Source: Microthyrium microscopicum (lineage: Eukaryota). Taken from it: a DNA stretch of 64,000 bases. A model generated the notes under the pieces. That model was not told where the DNA came from, searched no databases, and saw only the letters and a program-made list of their open reading frames with translations. Shown piece after piece: positions 37,671 through 53,422 of the stretch (the stretch's first letter is position 1; each line of letters starts with the position of its first letter). The DNA lies in the NCBI GenBank assembly GCA_010405405.1, contig MU004230.1, positions 3,568,627 to 3,632,626 of the forward strand, given 5' to 3'. The position numbers and the translations under genes are program-made.

Positions 37671-40600
37671 TATTAGGGGTTGAACCCCCTGAAGCTATGC
37701 CCGTTCGGGCTACCCCTATTATATATAAACACCTCAATTAAAGAGTCTCTTGACTCTTCTTTCTCTCTAAGTTACCTTCCTATTTAGTAGGCTTACAATA
37801 TAACTTGTCTCTTTATTATCTAACCCATAATATTAAGTAACTTTAAAACTAACCCCTCTCTTTACCTACTCCCTCTCCATCCGTTAATAAATAGCTAGAA
37901 TAGCAGACTAAGATCTTTCTTACCTAATAATCGCTAGATAGGATAAAGAAACGTTCTCTAAGAGCTTTACTTACAAGAACGTAGAAGCATACTTTACGTA
38001 TATTAGCTAATAATAGACAGAGCTATAGAATTACTTAGACGTATCTTAGGAGGCAACTAACAATAGCTTATAACAAGTAATAGATAGTATTTTACTACTT
38101 AATAATATACTTAATTTATCTATCTTGCAATTATATATAACTATTACTAATTATAGACAAGCCCTATAATAACTAAACGGATTAACTAGCAAAATTCATA
38201 CATAATTAAATAAGAATGCGTAATAAATTATAGTAATCTATGCTAAACTCTAAGCCTAAGTTAATAACTAAAATAAATAGCTTACTAATATCTATACTAG
38301 CGATAAGATCCTTATATAATAAGTAAATAATACCACCTATAAGACACTAACCTAGTAGTAGTAATAAGAATAGGAATAATTCTAGAAAGAATCTATAACG
38401 CCTAGTATAACTCTTTCTTTAATACTAGCTATACCCTTTACTAGAGAAACTTCTAACTATAGCTATTACCCTCCTTTAATTCTATAAGCTAATCCTTTTT
38501 AGACTCTAATCATAATAGCTAGACTAGTAGCCCCTCCTCTACCTCCTCTAATAAATTTTCTAGCTACCTAATATAAGCTACTTTAACTACTACTACAAAA
38601 CCTTTAACTAACTCTTCTAAACTTAAAACAATATTTATATAAGGACCTAACCCTTTACCCTAGTTTTTACTAAATAATTAAAGCAAAATTATATATTAAT
38701 AGATAAATTTATATAAATAACTATGCCTAAATCTACTATATATTTAGCTAGCTTATAAGAGATGCTACTTAATAAGTCCTTCCTTAGATTTAGAATCCTA
38801 CTAGCTATAGTATTATAAGTTTTAGTAAATTTATAGAACGAATAGACCTTCTCTTTTATAACCTATACGAAGAAATAAGAGCTTTAGTAAACTTCTAAGG
38901 AATTTAGTAAGGAGGTAGAGAATAGAGAATCTTTTAGGCTAAGTTTTAGTAGTATCTCGTCTATATTAAAGTATAATTTTAGGCCGCCTCTATTTAGATA
39001 TAGTTCTTAGAAAATGCTATAGATTCTAGTCTTAGAACGGCTCTAATTACTTATCCTTAGCCTAATAATTTAGATACCTTTGCCTAAGAAGCTTTAGAGA
39101 CCTAGAATTAAATAATTTAAGCCTATATAAGCTATTATAGCCTAAGAGGCCTAAATGCTAAAATAAGTACTTAGTAGAGTTAATTATTTAAGAATTAGAA
39201 CCTAAATATAATAAAAGGCGTCTAGGTTAGAGTTAGCTAAGCCTAGCATAACTATTATAAGTAAAATAACCTTTATTTTCACTATAGCTTAGCTAATTAT
39301 AAGATTTAGGATTATAAATAGGCGCCCTAAGCATTATCTAGAAGTTAGAATTCCTCCTATAGCTAGGCTAGCTATAGATAAGGATAAGGCAGAGAAGGCA
39401 TTACTAGAGGCAGATACTTATAGAATAATACTAATAGATTCTAAGCTAGTACTACTAACGCTTTAGACGTCTCCTAGAGTAGCTAGCTAATAAGGGCTAC
39501 TACTACTTAGCTAAGAAATAATAACCCTTATAATAATCTATACGACATTACTAATATAAAATTAGAAAACTAGTAAGCTTAAATTAAAGACGTAATACTA
39601 AGCTAGAAAATTATAAAAATATTATTTTAGGATAGTATTAAAAGTTCTTTATTTAAAATATAGTTATAGAGCCCTTTTTAATACCTTTAATAGTAAATTA
39701 ATTTTCTTTATATATAGGCTTTATTAATAGTAGCTACTTAACCTATTTCTTTATAAGTCTTTGCTTTACCTAAAGATATAAACTTAAACGTATATTACTA
39801 CCTTAGGTAATTCCTATTAAAGAGATAAATAGCGAGGCTAGAGAAATCTATAAAATAGTAATTATAAAGATTAATATTAAAGGCTATAAAGAAATTATTT
39901 AAGCCTTTATAGTAAAAAAGACTCTAAGCTATAATATAATCCTTAGCCTATCTTAAATAAAGAAATAGGATATTATTCTCTATATAAAACCTAAGAAGCT
40001 AGTCTTTAATAAAATAGGTTATATAGTTATAAGTCTAAAGACTCCTTAAAAAAAGTATAACTATATAGCAATTAGAGTTATAGTATTTAAGATACTTACC
40101 TAATAAGCTAGAAAGTAAATAAAATAGTCTTAAGAAGACTTAATACTAATTATATAAGTCTTTACTATAAGTCTTTATAACTTATAAAAAGCTCTTACTT
40201 TTAAGAAGCATATTAACTCTTATAAAAAGCTTCCTAAATAGTATTTAGATTACCTTAACCTCTTTTAAAGAGAGCTAGCTAATAAATAGCTACTTATTTA
40301 AGGCTCTTTCGTAGACTATAAGATTAACCTAATCCTAGATACTAATAGAAAGGAATCTTAGTTACCTTAGTAAGTATTATACCCTATAAATTAAGACGAA
40401 TTACTAGCCCTTAGAAGAATTCTTAATAATCTACTAGAAAGTAAGTTTATTTAAGTAAGTAACTTACTTACTAAAATACTAATTCTCTTTATTTATAAAG
40501 TAGATAGATTAATTTAGTTTTATTATAACTACTATACGTTAAATAAGTTAACTATAAAGGATTATTACTCCTTACTACTTATTTATAAGATACTAAATAT

Positions 40601-43600
40601 CTTAAGAAAGGTATAATAATTTACTAAGCTAGACGTATCTTAAGTATTTTATAAGATTTAGATATATAAGGGTAATAAGTAGAAGATAGCCTTTTAGACA
40701 AGATATAGCTTATTTAAATAGATAGTAACATTATTTAGGTTATTAAATACTCTAAGCACTTTTTAAAGGTTTATTAACTTTACTCTTTAAGATATCTTAG
40801 ATAACTATATTTTTATATACTTAAATAACGTCTTAATCTTTAGCTTAAGTACTAGGAAATAATATAAGGCTTACGTCTATAAAGTCCTTAAGTAATTATA
40901 AAAAGTAGAACTCTACCTTAATATTTAGAAGTATAAATTTATAACTACTTAGATAATATACTTAGATTATATTATTAAGGCTAGATAAAGAATCTTAATA
41001 GACCTAGCTAAAGTTAAAGCAATTTAAGAATAGAAGGCTCCTAAGAACGTTTATAGAGTTTAAGCTTTCTTTAGCTTTATTAATTTCTATTGTAGGTTTA
41101 TACTAAACTTTTAAATAATTACGGAACCTCTTATTTAACTTACCTAAAAGGATATTCCCTTCTTATTTAAAGACCTAAAGAAAGTTATATTTAAGGAGCT
41201 AAAATAGCTCTTTACTACTAACTAAATACTAGCCCTATTTAACTATAATAAAGAGACTCTTATCTATATTAATTCCTTTAGTTACTCTTTAGGAGCTATA
41301 CTAATATAAAAAGATAAGATAGATAAGTTTTAACTAGTAGCCTATTTCTCTAAAAAATATAACTCTACTTAAAGTAACTACTTAATCTATAATAAAGAAA
41401 TACTTATAATTATACTTACTCTAGAAGAATAGGACTTAAAGCTATGAGTAGTAGAGAAATTTAAAATAATATTTAATTATAAGAACCTAGAGTATTTTAT
41501 AAAACCATAGAAGCTTATAAAAAGGCACGTCTAATAGTCTATTAAACTTATAAAGTATAATATAATAATTAAGTATCGTTTAGGCTTATAGAATAATATA
41601 GCAGATAGTCTCTCTTATTATAAATAAGATATACCCTAAGACGTAGTTAATAAAAGGATCTAGGCTAGAACTTTCTAACTACTTTATACCTAAGGAGATT
41701 AATTACTTAAACTACTATAAGCCTTACCTATCTATATTACCGCCTTTCCTATAGCGATTAAAAACGAATTAATAGAGACTCTACTAGCTAATAAAGCTTT
41801 AATCCTTAGCTTACTACTATTAATACTAAACGTTCTTAAACTATTAGTAACTTAGTAAAATAAGGTAGTATAAGTTAATAATACCTATTAAGTAGCTTAT
41901 TAAATAATTAAGGCTAGTAGATAAAAATTTCTCTTATTAATCGTAGGTATTAAAATCTCTATTCCTAACTACTTAATTAATAATAAGAATTATCTTTACT
42001 AAAGAGGACGACTATAGATTCTAAACTTAGAACCTCTACGGATAATAATATTATAAGTAGCGTATACGTCCTTAACTTAAGGCTATTTTAGTCATAAAGG
42101 AACTTATTAAGCTTTATAGCTATACTTCTTTTAGCCTAGAATTATAGTTAATATAAGGCATTTTGTAAGAAATTATAGTATATATAGCTAATTAAAAGTT
42201 AGTTATAAGTAGAAAAAAGGCTTTCTAAAGCCTCTACTTATCCTAAGCTAATAATAGTAAGAACTATTTATAGATTTTATAATAGACCTCTCTCTATTAA
42301 ATAAATATATAATCTTAATAGTTATTATTAATTAGCTAAGTAAAAAAGTAATCCTAATTCCTCTCGCTTAAAGAGAAGCTAAAGATATTATAACTATTTT
42401 CTTATAATACGTTTATTCCCTTTATAGTATTCTTAATATAATTATCTATAATTATAACCTAGTATTCGTAGGAAACTTCTAGACAAAGTTTTATACGCTA
42501 TTATAAATAGAGCTATAGCTATTAATTATATTTTATCCCTAGATAAATAGCTTTATAGAACAGCAAAACTTAGATATTAAAGCCAAAGTATAAATATATA
42601 CTAATTATATATAATTAAACTAGTTCTTACTAATACTAATACTTTAACTTATGCTTAACTTATAATGCTTATTTATAATAGAACTCTTACCCTTCTTTCT
42701 ATCTTACGGCTTTAAGAACTCTACTTTTCTAGACTTTCCTAAGTAAGCTCTTTTATCTAAATAGAAAAATACTTTAAAAGAGAGAAAGGAAAAAGCTATT
42801 TATATAATTTTAAAAGCTATAAAATAGACTTAAGATACTATAACTCTTACCTAAGAAAGAATATAAGAATAAGCTAACTAAATAAGAATCTAAACGCCTA
42901 AGTACGAAGTTAGCAATTAAGTCTAGCTAAACTTAAAGAATACTAAGACTAAATAAGTAAAGAAGAAGTTTAATTACTATTACTCTAAGTTTTAAATTAT
43001 AAAGGTAGTAAGCTTATATATAATCGTATTAAATACGCTATAAAGAACTAAGAAATTCTACATCGACCTATTTAGACTAGTAATGAATAACTTATTCCTA
43101 AGTTAAGATACTAATAATTCTTATCTATTACTAATCTTAGTTAAAGACTTAGATAGAGAAGAATAAGAAGAGTAGCTAATAGAGGAGATTATAACTAAAA
43201 AATATAAGAAGATAATAAAGAGCAAACTCTATATAGTCTATGTTATTAAATAAATAGATTATCTAGATATAATAGAAGAATTAATTAACTTTATTAAATA
43301 GTTAGAAACCTACGTAAAGTAGATAAAGAAAATAAAGTATATATAAGATAATTATAAAAAATTAGTATTAAACTAGTCTATTCTTTAAGTATAACTAAGA
43401 TTAAAAATTAGCCCTCCTATTATAGTAATTAACTTTATAAAGATATAATTAGAGGTGTTATCTATAATCTACGTATGGAAATATTTTTCTTTTATTTATA
43501 CTAAGACCTCTTTTCCTACTAAATAAAACTAGAAAACTATAAAAATATAAGAAAACTAAAGAAATAAGATATGCCTAATAAACTCTTACTACTAAGGAAG

Positions 43601-45244
43601 ATAAACTTAAGTAGTGCCTTAAAGTATAGGAGGATTAAAGTAGATAGTTAATAGTAAAGAATTCTTATCCTTCTTAGTAACCTCCTTCTTATTATTATAA
43701 AAATACTTCTTACCTAAGCTAATATTATTATTATAGACGTAGTTTAAATATATATTATTATAAAATCCTAAAAACTAAACGTAACCTATATATCATAGCT
43801 AATTCTTTAAATTAGAATAGCTAACGCAATAAGTATAACGCTATTCCTTATAAGTCTTATTTTGCTTATTTTTAATAAAGAATTATAAGATATTTGTATA
43901 ATAAATATCTAAGGCTTTAAGATAACTAGCCTAGTTATTAGTTAACTAAATTATACTAAAGGAGCTTTAACAAATTATAATACTACGAATATTAAGCTAC
44001 GAATTATTAATAAACCCCTTAGAAGAGGCGTTTAATAAATTAAGACGTTTATTAGAAGAGTTAGAAGGATAGTTAACTATAGTATAAAGGACCTTATTTT
44101 ATAAATATATTAGTATAAATTAAGAAAGGCTAAAGAAGTACGTATAGTTTAATTAATATAAAGTGCCTTAAATAAAGTATAGTTTTATAAATTATAATAG
44201 TTAATAACTATATATACCTTCTTATATTAGAGAGTAATTAATAGATGAGGATGAGGATTATAAATAATATTATTCTAGTAATGAAGTAGAACTTAGTTAA
44301 GAAAGCAAAGACCTTTATTTATATCGTTCTAGTAGGCCTTACGTATAGCTACCTTATATATAGTAGATAAATAAGATTAAGAAGTATTATAATTAGTAAT
44401 ATATATATAAGGAGAGGTAATAATAATAAGGATATGATTATTAAAACTAATAATATTATTAAAAGCGTTAATAATTAAGGCAGCTATCTCTATATAGTTA
44501 GTAAGGCTATAGCTACTATAACGAACGATTTACCTAATTAATTAATTAATTAATTAATTAATTAATTAATTAGGTAAGGAAGAAAAAACTTAATAAGGAC
44601 TAATTAGAAGAGAAGAAGCTTATTTAAAATATAATAAAGGAAGAATAGTTAACTTTATAAAATAATATTACTTTATACTTTTTAAACGTATAGGCAGAAG
44701 TATAGTAACTTAACTATAGTTACGTTCTTTTAATCTTATCTCTTAATATTATAATAGAGCTCTAACTAAGCATAAATAAGATAACTTACTAATTAAGTAA
44801 CCTTTATAAGATCATAGCTAAAAAGAACTAATAGTATACGCTAAGAAAGGGGCCTTATACCTAGAATTTAGTCTAAAATAGGCAAAACACTAATATAGAA
44901 CTAATAGTTAACGACCTAAGCTTTATAATTTATACCTAAAAATAAACATATAAATCTATACGTTATAAACAAAGGCTCCATTACAAACTATAAGAATAGT
45001 AAGCATTAGATACAGCTAGATAAGATTAGGATCTTATAATTAACTTAGTATTTTAGCTAGAATTTTTAGATAGGAAAGGTAATATTAGGAGTTAAACCCC
45101 CTAAAGCTATACTCATTTAGGCTACCCCTATTATATATAAATACCTCGATTAAAGAGTCTCTTAACTCTTCTTTCTCTTTAAGTTACCTTCCTATTTAGC
45201 AGGCTTACAATATAACTTGTCTCTTTGTTATCTAACCTATAATA
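37671..45244 (+). mobile_element. Nested RIP-inactivated Ty3/Gypsy (chromovirus-like) retrotransposon
   Basis: 162-bp LTRs at 37671-37832 and 45083-45244; TSD ATTTT; degraded RT YLDDVLIFS (~40820) and RNase H NYPIYDKEML (~41380), then integrase and a chromodomain-like EEWLVEEI (~43170); purine tract before the 3' LTR. Confidence 0.9.
44536..44572. repeat. (TAAT)n microsatellite in the Gypsy 3' region
   Basis: About nine tandem TAAT units. Confidence 0.7.
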
Positions 45245-46296
45245 ATTTTTAAGGCTTAAGATATACTTTAGGTACTTTAGAAAAGTATTTATCTTTTCTA
45301 AACTAGTATAATCTTAAAGCTAGATAAAGAATTTAATATCTTAAAGAAGAGGTATAAATAGTAAAAACTATAATTCTAACTAACTTACTAGATATTCTTT
45401 TAAAAAGAAAGTTTTCTTTATAATAAGAATAGAATCTCTAAGAAATAGCTTATAAATACCTTTATAGACACTACTTAAGCTTTCTATTTTAATACTTAAA
45501 TATAGTTTATTTATTATTACTAATATAGAAGGTAAATAATTTATCCTTTTAAAGTATATTAAGAAGTATTAAACTATCTATAGTAAGAAAACTATACTAG
45601 TATTATAATCTAATATTACTTTTACTACTACTCTTAATAGAAAGACTTAAGAAGAAATATCTTAACTTAAAAAGACTTCCTTAAATATAAATACTTATTA
45701 ACTTTTCTTAATGTCTAAATTATAGAATTCTTAAAAGAATAAAAAGATAACTCCTCTTTACCTCTATAATAAGATAAAACTTTATAATAATTACTTTTAT
45801 CTTTAACCTAATAAATACCTAAATAAATAGTATCTTAACTCTAAAATAAAAGCTAAAGTTAAAGAGAGCCTTAGGAATTCTATACTTAAAGCTAGAATAA
45901 ATTATATCCTTTAAAGAGAGTAAGAATAAAAGTATAGTAATAATAACTAACTATCTAAACTAATTAAATATATAAGTATTAGAATAGTAGTTATAAAAGT
46001 TATAATATTTATAATAGTTAAGATATCTCTTAATAGAAGGTTTATTCTTAATTCTAAAGTAAATATATATATTTATAATAATAGATTCTACTTTAAAATA
46101 TATAAGAATATTCTTAGTTCTTTAATCTATAGTAGAGTCTTCTTATAAGTTATAAAATATAGTAATATAGATATTACTATTTTAGGCTCTAAAAGATACT
46201 AAATAGTTACTCTCTATAATGTTACTTATATACTTAGTTTCTATAAGAATCTAGCTTTCTATTATAGGATAAAAGCTATAAGATATTACTAGAATA

Positions 46297-49200
46297 TATA
46301 TAAATCTTGTTTATTGTCTTTTAGCTATGCTAATAGGCTATATAGACGCTACTCTTACTTTTAGAAAAACCTCTATAGGGAAACCTATAGTATTTCTTTA
46401 GTTACCTTTTAGTAGCCTCATTCCATTATTATTATAATATCCTCTTAGTCTACTACTTCTAAATAGAAGAACTTATATCATCTCTCTATAAACTATAAGC
46501 CTACTAAAAGAATTCTAGTTAGTAAGTTAATATAGTAAGTAACTAATAGTTGCTAACTACTAAGGGCCCTATATAGCTTAAGTATATTACACATTATATA
46601 AATCCTACGCTACACGCTAAAATCTTAATCCTTAATACTATCTTTATTACTAGTTTCCTTTTTAAGACTTATTTATTACCTAATTGCTTAAGGCTATAAC
46701 GTCTTTTAGAATAGGTTAGATCTAGCTTCTTAGCGCCTATTTCTATTTAGTGTTGCTTTATTATTAAGTTTTACTATTATAGTTTAATAAGTTTCTATTA
46801 ATCTTCTCTTTTCTAGAGGCCTATAGCTATTATCTTTATATAGTTAACTTTCTATATAGTTTTATAATAAGCATATATAATATATATTTCTAAGTTTTTA
46901 TAATTAATTTCTATTCTTAATAAGCTCTAGTATTACTATAGCCTTTAGCTATATTAAGCCCTTTCTTTTAATACCTATTAAGTAGGGTATCTATAATATT
47001 CCTTAGCTAAGTTTTCTCTATTAATCTACGCTCTTTAATACTATATAATAAGCTACTAAATAGCTACCTTTAAGTTTCTAATAGTCTATATAGTCTACCT
47101 CTAGGGTATAAAGCATTTTAAATCTACATAGTTTTAGTTATTTCTTCCTCTCTAAGTTTTTATTATACCTTCTACTCTCTCTAATTCCTCTTTTAAGAAT
47201 AAGTCCTCTATAAGCTTTCTTTCTCCCTCTTCCTTATACTTTTAGGTACCTAGTAAACGTCTTACGCCTATAAGTACTTCTCTTCTATTATCTCTAAAGA
47301 AAGTAAAAACTACTTTATCTATAAACGTTAAAAATACTACTTTATCTTTAGATATAAAATTAGCTAGTCCTATCTTAGCTTTTATTATAAGTCTTTTAGT
47401 ATCCTTTTATATATAGTATTAACTATTATAATATAGATTATATACGCCCCTAGCGTAAGAATCTATTTATACTATCTTTAAGCATTATACTATTACGTAG
47501 AGTTACTTAATAGCAAGTACCTAGTTAGTCTTAGTATGCTTACTATAGTAATTACCTATATCTATAGTTAAGCTAGCCTTAGCTAGTATCCTTACTTTTA
47601 TTATAAAGAGCAACATTCTAAGTATAAGGCTATAAGTATATCCTTACTCTTAGTCTTCTACTTTTTCTAATATTGTGGTAAGGTACTAGTAGAGTTAAAA
47701 GAGTAAGGTAAGTACCTCTAACGCGCCTTTAATAAGGTAATAGCTAACTTAGTTAACCCTTATTAAGATATTAAAGAGTACGTATTATTAAGTATAAATA
47801 AGGAGACTACTAAGTAAGTAGAGGTTATAAAGGGTTTAGTAAGCAAGTTTACTAGCTATAAGGCCTAGTTTACTTCTACTATAGCCTTACTAGCGCAATA
47901 AAAGAAGAAGAAGCTAAAGGTTAATATAGCTATATTAGCTACTAATTTAGCTTACCTATAAGCTATCTTGCTAAAGCTTTATACTTAAAGCATAAAAATA
48001 AATTTATTAGTAAAGATATCTTAGTTATTAAGTAGAGTAGTAGCATTATTTAATAAAGAGTAGTAGATAGATATAGAATAAAATTAATTACATTCCTAGA
48101 CTTAGCTATTTTCTTTATAATTATATATTACTAGCCTATTAGTACTATAGTATTATAGTTAGTTACTTATAGGATCCTTAAGTCTTAGTAGTTCTCTATA
48201 CGCCTTAAAGTCTATTTTTATAATCTTTTTAGTTAGCCTAAATTACTAAAGAGCTCTACTCTTTAGTAGCTATCTAGCTACTACCTAAGCATTCCTTAAA
48301 TTAGAGAGTATATAGGCCTTATTTAGTATTATTACTTATTCTAATAATCTTTCTCTATAATATTATAGGTAGTTTAGTAATATATAGTAAATTATTTATT
48401 ACTAGTAACTACATAAGCACTATAGTAGAGAGACTATTAGTACCTATACGCTATATAGCTAATTATTAAGTCTAATAATTTTTAATTACATAAGGAAGAG
48501 CACTATTACTTATACTTTATTAAGATTATTATAAAGCTTAATTAGTTAGTTACTTTATAACGTTCTTTACGCTATAGTAGTATATTACTACGTCCTTATA
48601 AGCTATACCTAAGCATCTATCTAGAGCCTATAGTAATATACCTTAATTAAAGATATATCTAGCTCTAGTTTAGTTTTTGCCTTCTTCTCCTTCTATAGTG
48701 CACTATCTATTAGTTATATTACTTACCTATAGTTAGTATCTTACTTCTACTTTATCTTTAATTTCTTTTTTTATTACTTTAGCGCGTTAACTCTCTAAGT
48801 TATAACCTTAATTACGTATATTTATACTAGTTTAAGTATTACTAGGCTTCTTAGTTATTACTACTAAGAAGGTATCCTCTAGTTTCTTAAGAGGTTTGCT
48901 TAGTATACTTTAGTAACGATTTTACTTATCTTTTGTATTACTATTAAGTCTTTATTCTTATTAGTATATTCTTCTACTAAGACTATAGCGTTTATCTAGA
49001 GTAGTTTAATCCTTATTTTCTTATTTAATAAAGTAATAAAAGTTCTTTAGTACTCTCTTATTATCTTATAGAGTATATTATTCTAAACCGCTACTAGTAG
49101 TTTATAATAATTCTTTAGTACCTTAGGGGATAGTAATTCTAGACCCTATACTTATACTCTATATATAAGAGTTAGCCTAATGACTACTATATAAAGGAGC

Positions 49201-52200
49201 TTTATCTTTCTAAAGACTAGTCTTTATTTTAACTACGCTATTCTTAAAAGTACTACTACTTACTTAAATCCTTTAGTTCTAGTCTTTTTAATATAGTCTT
49301 TCTAGTTTATTCTTCTATTTACCTATATACTTAGTACCCTAATACTCTTTAGTATAAGCTTAGTAAATATACTATCTACTATTACTATAGATTATAAGTC
49401 TACTTCTAGGTAGTAGATATTCTAAGTAAAGTATATTACTTAGTACTTATTAGGAGTAAACTTTACGCTATATCTAGTTACCTAGTTAGTATACTTTTAG
49501 TAAGCCTCTTCTAGTCTTATATAGTTCTCTTAGGTAATATTACCCTATATAACTAATATAGTATTATCTATAAACCTAAATCTAAAGATATTATTACTTA
49601 CGTCCTAAAAGTATTCTAGTAGTTCTAATATAAAGAAGAGGAAGAGAATAGGCAAAAGGGGAGATCCCTAGAGGATCCTTATATTAGTTATTATTACTAG
49701 GCTTTAGTACTTAGCAAATATAATTTAGGTTATATAATTAGTAGTAAAGCTTACTACTATATTAATTAGTTACTAAGGGACTCCCTTTATCTCTAAGATA
49801 TAAAGAAGTTTCTTTAAATTAACGTTATTATACGCTCCTTAAAGGTTAAGGCTAAGTACTAACACTATAGCTCTTACGTTTCTCTTTTATACTACCTTAA
49901 TAGTACTCCTTAGGAGCTATACTACTATTAGCATTAATTACTCTACCCTAGCCCCTATCTAATTCTAGGGTAGTAAGTTATTATCTTCTATAAGTTAAGT
50001 AAGTCTATTAGCAATAATCTTTTTAACTAGCTTTGCTATAGCATTCTTAAGGGCAATTAGCTAATAGGCTAATAGTAGTAAGTAGTCTTTCTTGCCTAGC
50101 TTTTTTAGTGCTAGTATATAGGATTGCTTTAAGTATTTTAAGATTATACTACTTATTAGCATTTTGCTAATTATAAGTGCTAGTCTTTTACTAAATTCTA
50201 TTAGTTTTAGATTATTACTCTCCTTTTTAGGCTACGCCTTAAGCTTAAGAGCCTTTAGGACCTTATTTAGTATATTAATAGGTCCTATTACCTTATAATT
50301 TAGGAGGCTACTAATTACGTAATCTATCTCTTTTACTATTACTTTATAATCTATCTCTAGTTTTAGGGATAGAATAGCGTCCTCTATATTACTTAGGTCT
50401 ACCGCCCTAGTTTAAGGAAAGAACTTTATAGATAGCATATCTACCTTACCTTAGTTATTATAGGTATAGTTATTACTAGTTATTTATCTAAGTGCTAGTA
50501 GGTATAAGTCTTCCTTTAGTTTACTAGCTTTAGCTCTTATCTATTTACTTATTCTTTATAAGCCTTAGTTCTTATAGTACTTATAATTCTTTATAATCTC
50601 TTCTATAAAGGTTCACTAGGATATTACTTTATCTTAATATAGAGATTTCCTTAGCTAAGCTATAACTAATTTATATACGTATTTATCCTAGTCGTTCCCT
50701 ATCTAGAAGTATCTTCTCTTTACGTAGCGCTTTCCTTATATTAGTAGGGTAGTTATAAGCAACTACCTATATAAAGCTTACTTTAAGAGTTTTACTTTTA
50801 GGTAGTAAATCTCTAGTACTTTTATTATTACCCTATATAGGGCCTCTATTAGTATATCTTTAGTATCCTATAAGCTATTATTTACGTATTTAATAAATTA
50901 TTCTATATCTAGTTTTTATATATTATACTATACTTTTAATACGTACTTTTCTTATCCTAGGGTAAGCTAGATTAGTACTAAGACATAATCTTCTATTAGT
51001 ACCTAGGTATTAACTAGGCTATAAAACTTTAGTCTTTCTTAAAGGAATTAAAATATAAATATAAAGTTAATTACTATCTCTACTATTCTTACTCTCCTTT
51101 CCTTATATGACCTATAGGTTAGTTCTTCTTTTAGTATACCTAGGTAGAGTCTCTACTAAATTATATCGTAAAGTAAGGTATTTGCTTAGGGTTTAGTAGC
51201 TAATACTACGCCTTCTTATTAATAATAGTAATAATTAAAGTCTTCTACTAATAGGATCTCTCCTTCTACCTTATTAATTACCTTTATTAGTATTAGGCAT
51301 TTAGTAATATAGTTATAGTTACTTACTACTAAGCCTTTACTATATATATTAACGATTATTAGTATTATATACCTATACTAAAGGTATAGTATTAAGACAA
51401 ATTAGTTATAATATCTTACTTACTAGTTCTCTATATTAAGCGCCTTACTTATTATAAAGCACACTCTTAATTAATTATCTTAGTTATATACTAAAGCATA
51501 GCTAAAGGGGTAGTATATCCCTCCTAGCTTTATAATTCCTCTAAGGTCTTAGACTACTATAATTAGTTACTTAGTATTATCTAGTAAATTAAAGAATAGC
51601 CTTACTTTCCTCCTATTTAACTTCCTATAGTTATATTATATAATATTAATACTATTTATCTAAGTCTATTATTTAGATTCTACTTATTTTATTACTAGAG
51701 GTTAACCTAGGGTTATTTATGGCCTATCCTACTTTCTTATAGTTATTCTCTTATTAGTCTTCTAAGGTGCTATCTCTTATAGTTTATAAGCTATTATTAC
51801 CTCTATTAAAGTTAAATATGCTTATAATTAATCTCTAAGTACTCTAGACTAGATTATTATGTACCTTATCCTTTGCTTCTTATAACGCTAATAGTCTTCT
51901 AGGGTTCTTAATTTCTACTTTTCTTTTCTTTATACTATTTACTATAGTATATTTATTATTATCTATAAGCTAGATTAGTATAATTTAAGTAAGCATTATA
52001 GCTTTTATCTATTTTATATATCTTTTATTCGCTATTTAGAATTCTTTTATACTTTTAAAGTAAGTTTAGTATACTTTATATATATTCTTCTACTATATAT
52101 AGTATCCTTAGCCTTACTCTTTCTCTCTTCTTCTTCTTTTCTTATTATCTTTATAGTTAGAGTACTAGACTAGGCTTATCTTAGTATAGTCCCTAGTGTT

Positions 52201-53422
52201 ATAATTACTTATATATTTGCTATAGTTTAGTTTATACTAAGTATAAGCTATTTGCGTATAGCCTTAGACTTAGTAGTAGAAGTACTATTTAGTAGTATAT
52301 TTTAGATTATATAATTTAATAAAAAGCTCCTTTACCCTAATAACGAACTTCTTCTAAATAACTTTATCTCTTATTACTATTATTAGATAGTATAATACGA
52401 GTAATCCCTTAATACGTACCTTTCTATACTTTTTTAGTTCTTTTTTTACCTATTTATACTCTACGCCTTTATAGAGCTATTAAACTACTCCTATCTCTAA
52501 GCGTTTAAATCTTATCTTATTTTTATTAACTAGTTCTTTAATTAGTTTACTATTATCTATATTCTTACTATAGGCTACGTCTAGTTTAAGTAAAGCCCTT
52601 AGGATCTCTACTAGATAGTTTTATCATAAGATCTAAACCTTATCTAAGCCTACTTAGCGTAGCCTATTTTAAATATAGTCCTTATCTAATTATATATTAA
52701 TTATAACGTTAATATTCTTACTAGGCAATAGCCTAATAGCTATTACTTATAAGATAGTTTCTTTAATCTTTTTAAATAGCTTTACCCTATCTTGCTTATC
52801 TTCTTCTAATATATTTTTAATTACTTTTATAATATTAATTTAGACTATTAGGCTTATAAAGAAGGCCCTTTAGTTAAGGATTAGTAGGTTAAGTCCTTTT
52901 ATAACCTTTACCTAGGAGTTAGGAGTTATTTTAATCTTAGTAATCTACTTTACGATTATATTAAGTTTTTAGTTAAGATACGCCTTAAGACACGTTAGCA
53001 AAAGGGCCCTATTCATAGTTAGAGCTAGGTAGAATACTAGTTATTTAATATAGTCTTATACTATAACGAAAGACGCGTAGTATTATATAAAATTAGCCAT
53101 TAGCTAGTTAAGGAATAGTCATATTAGATCCTCCTCTTTAGATATAAGTCCTTTTAATAGTACTTTAATTCCTCTCTATACTCCTATAAGTAGTAGTTTT
53201 AGGTCATCTTTTCATTTCTACATTGCCTCATTTTTAATATAGGCAGCCTCCGTAGTAATAATAGCTATCTACTATGAATCTTTATCTATCTCTATAGCGC
53301 TAGCCATTACTTACGTCTAGTTAAAAGTTATATTATTATAATAGTCTTAATAAGACGAATCTAATAATAATAGTTTTATAGAATAATTCTAAGAAATTAA
53401 TCTTTTAGTGCGATAATGCTTC
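46297..53422 (-). mobile_element. Nested RIP-inactivated LINE (Tad1-like non-LTR retrotransposon), ~7.1 kb
   Basis: 14-bp TSD ATATTACTAGAATA (46283-96, 53423-36); minus strand ~49620-49680 reads RIL*GSPLLPILFLFF (GIPQGSPLSPILFLF), followed by a degraded FVDD and an IRVLG.W.D motif. Confidence 0.85.
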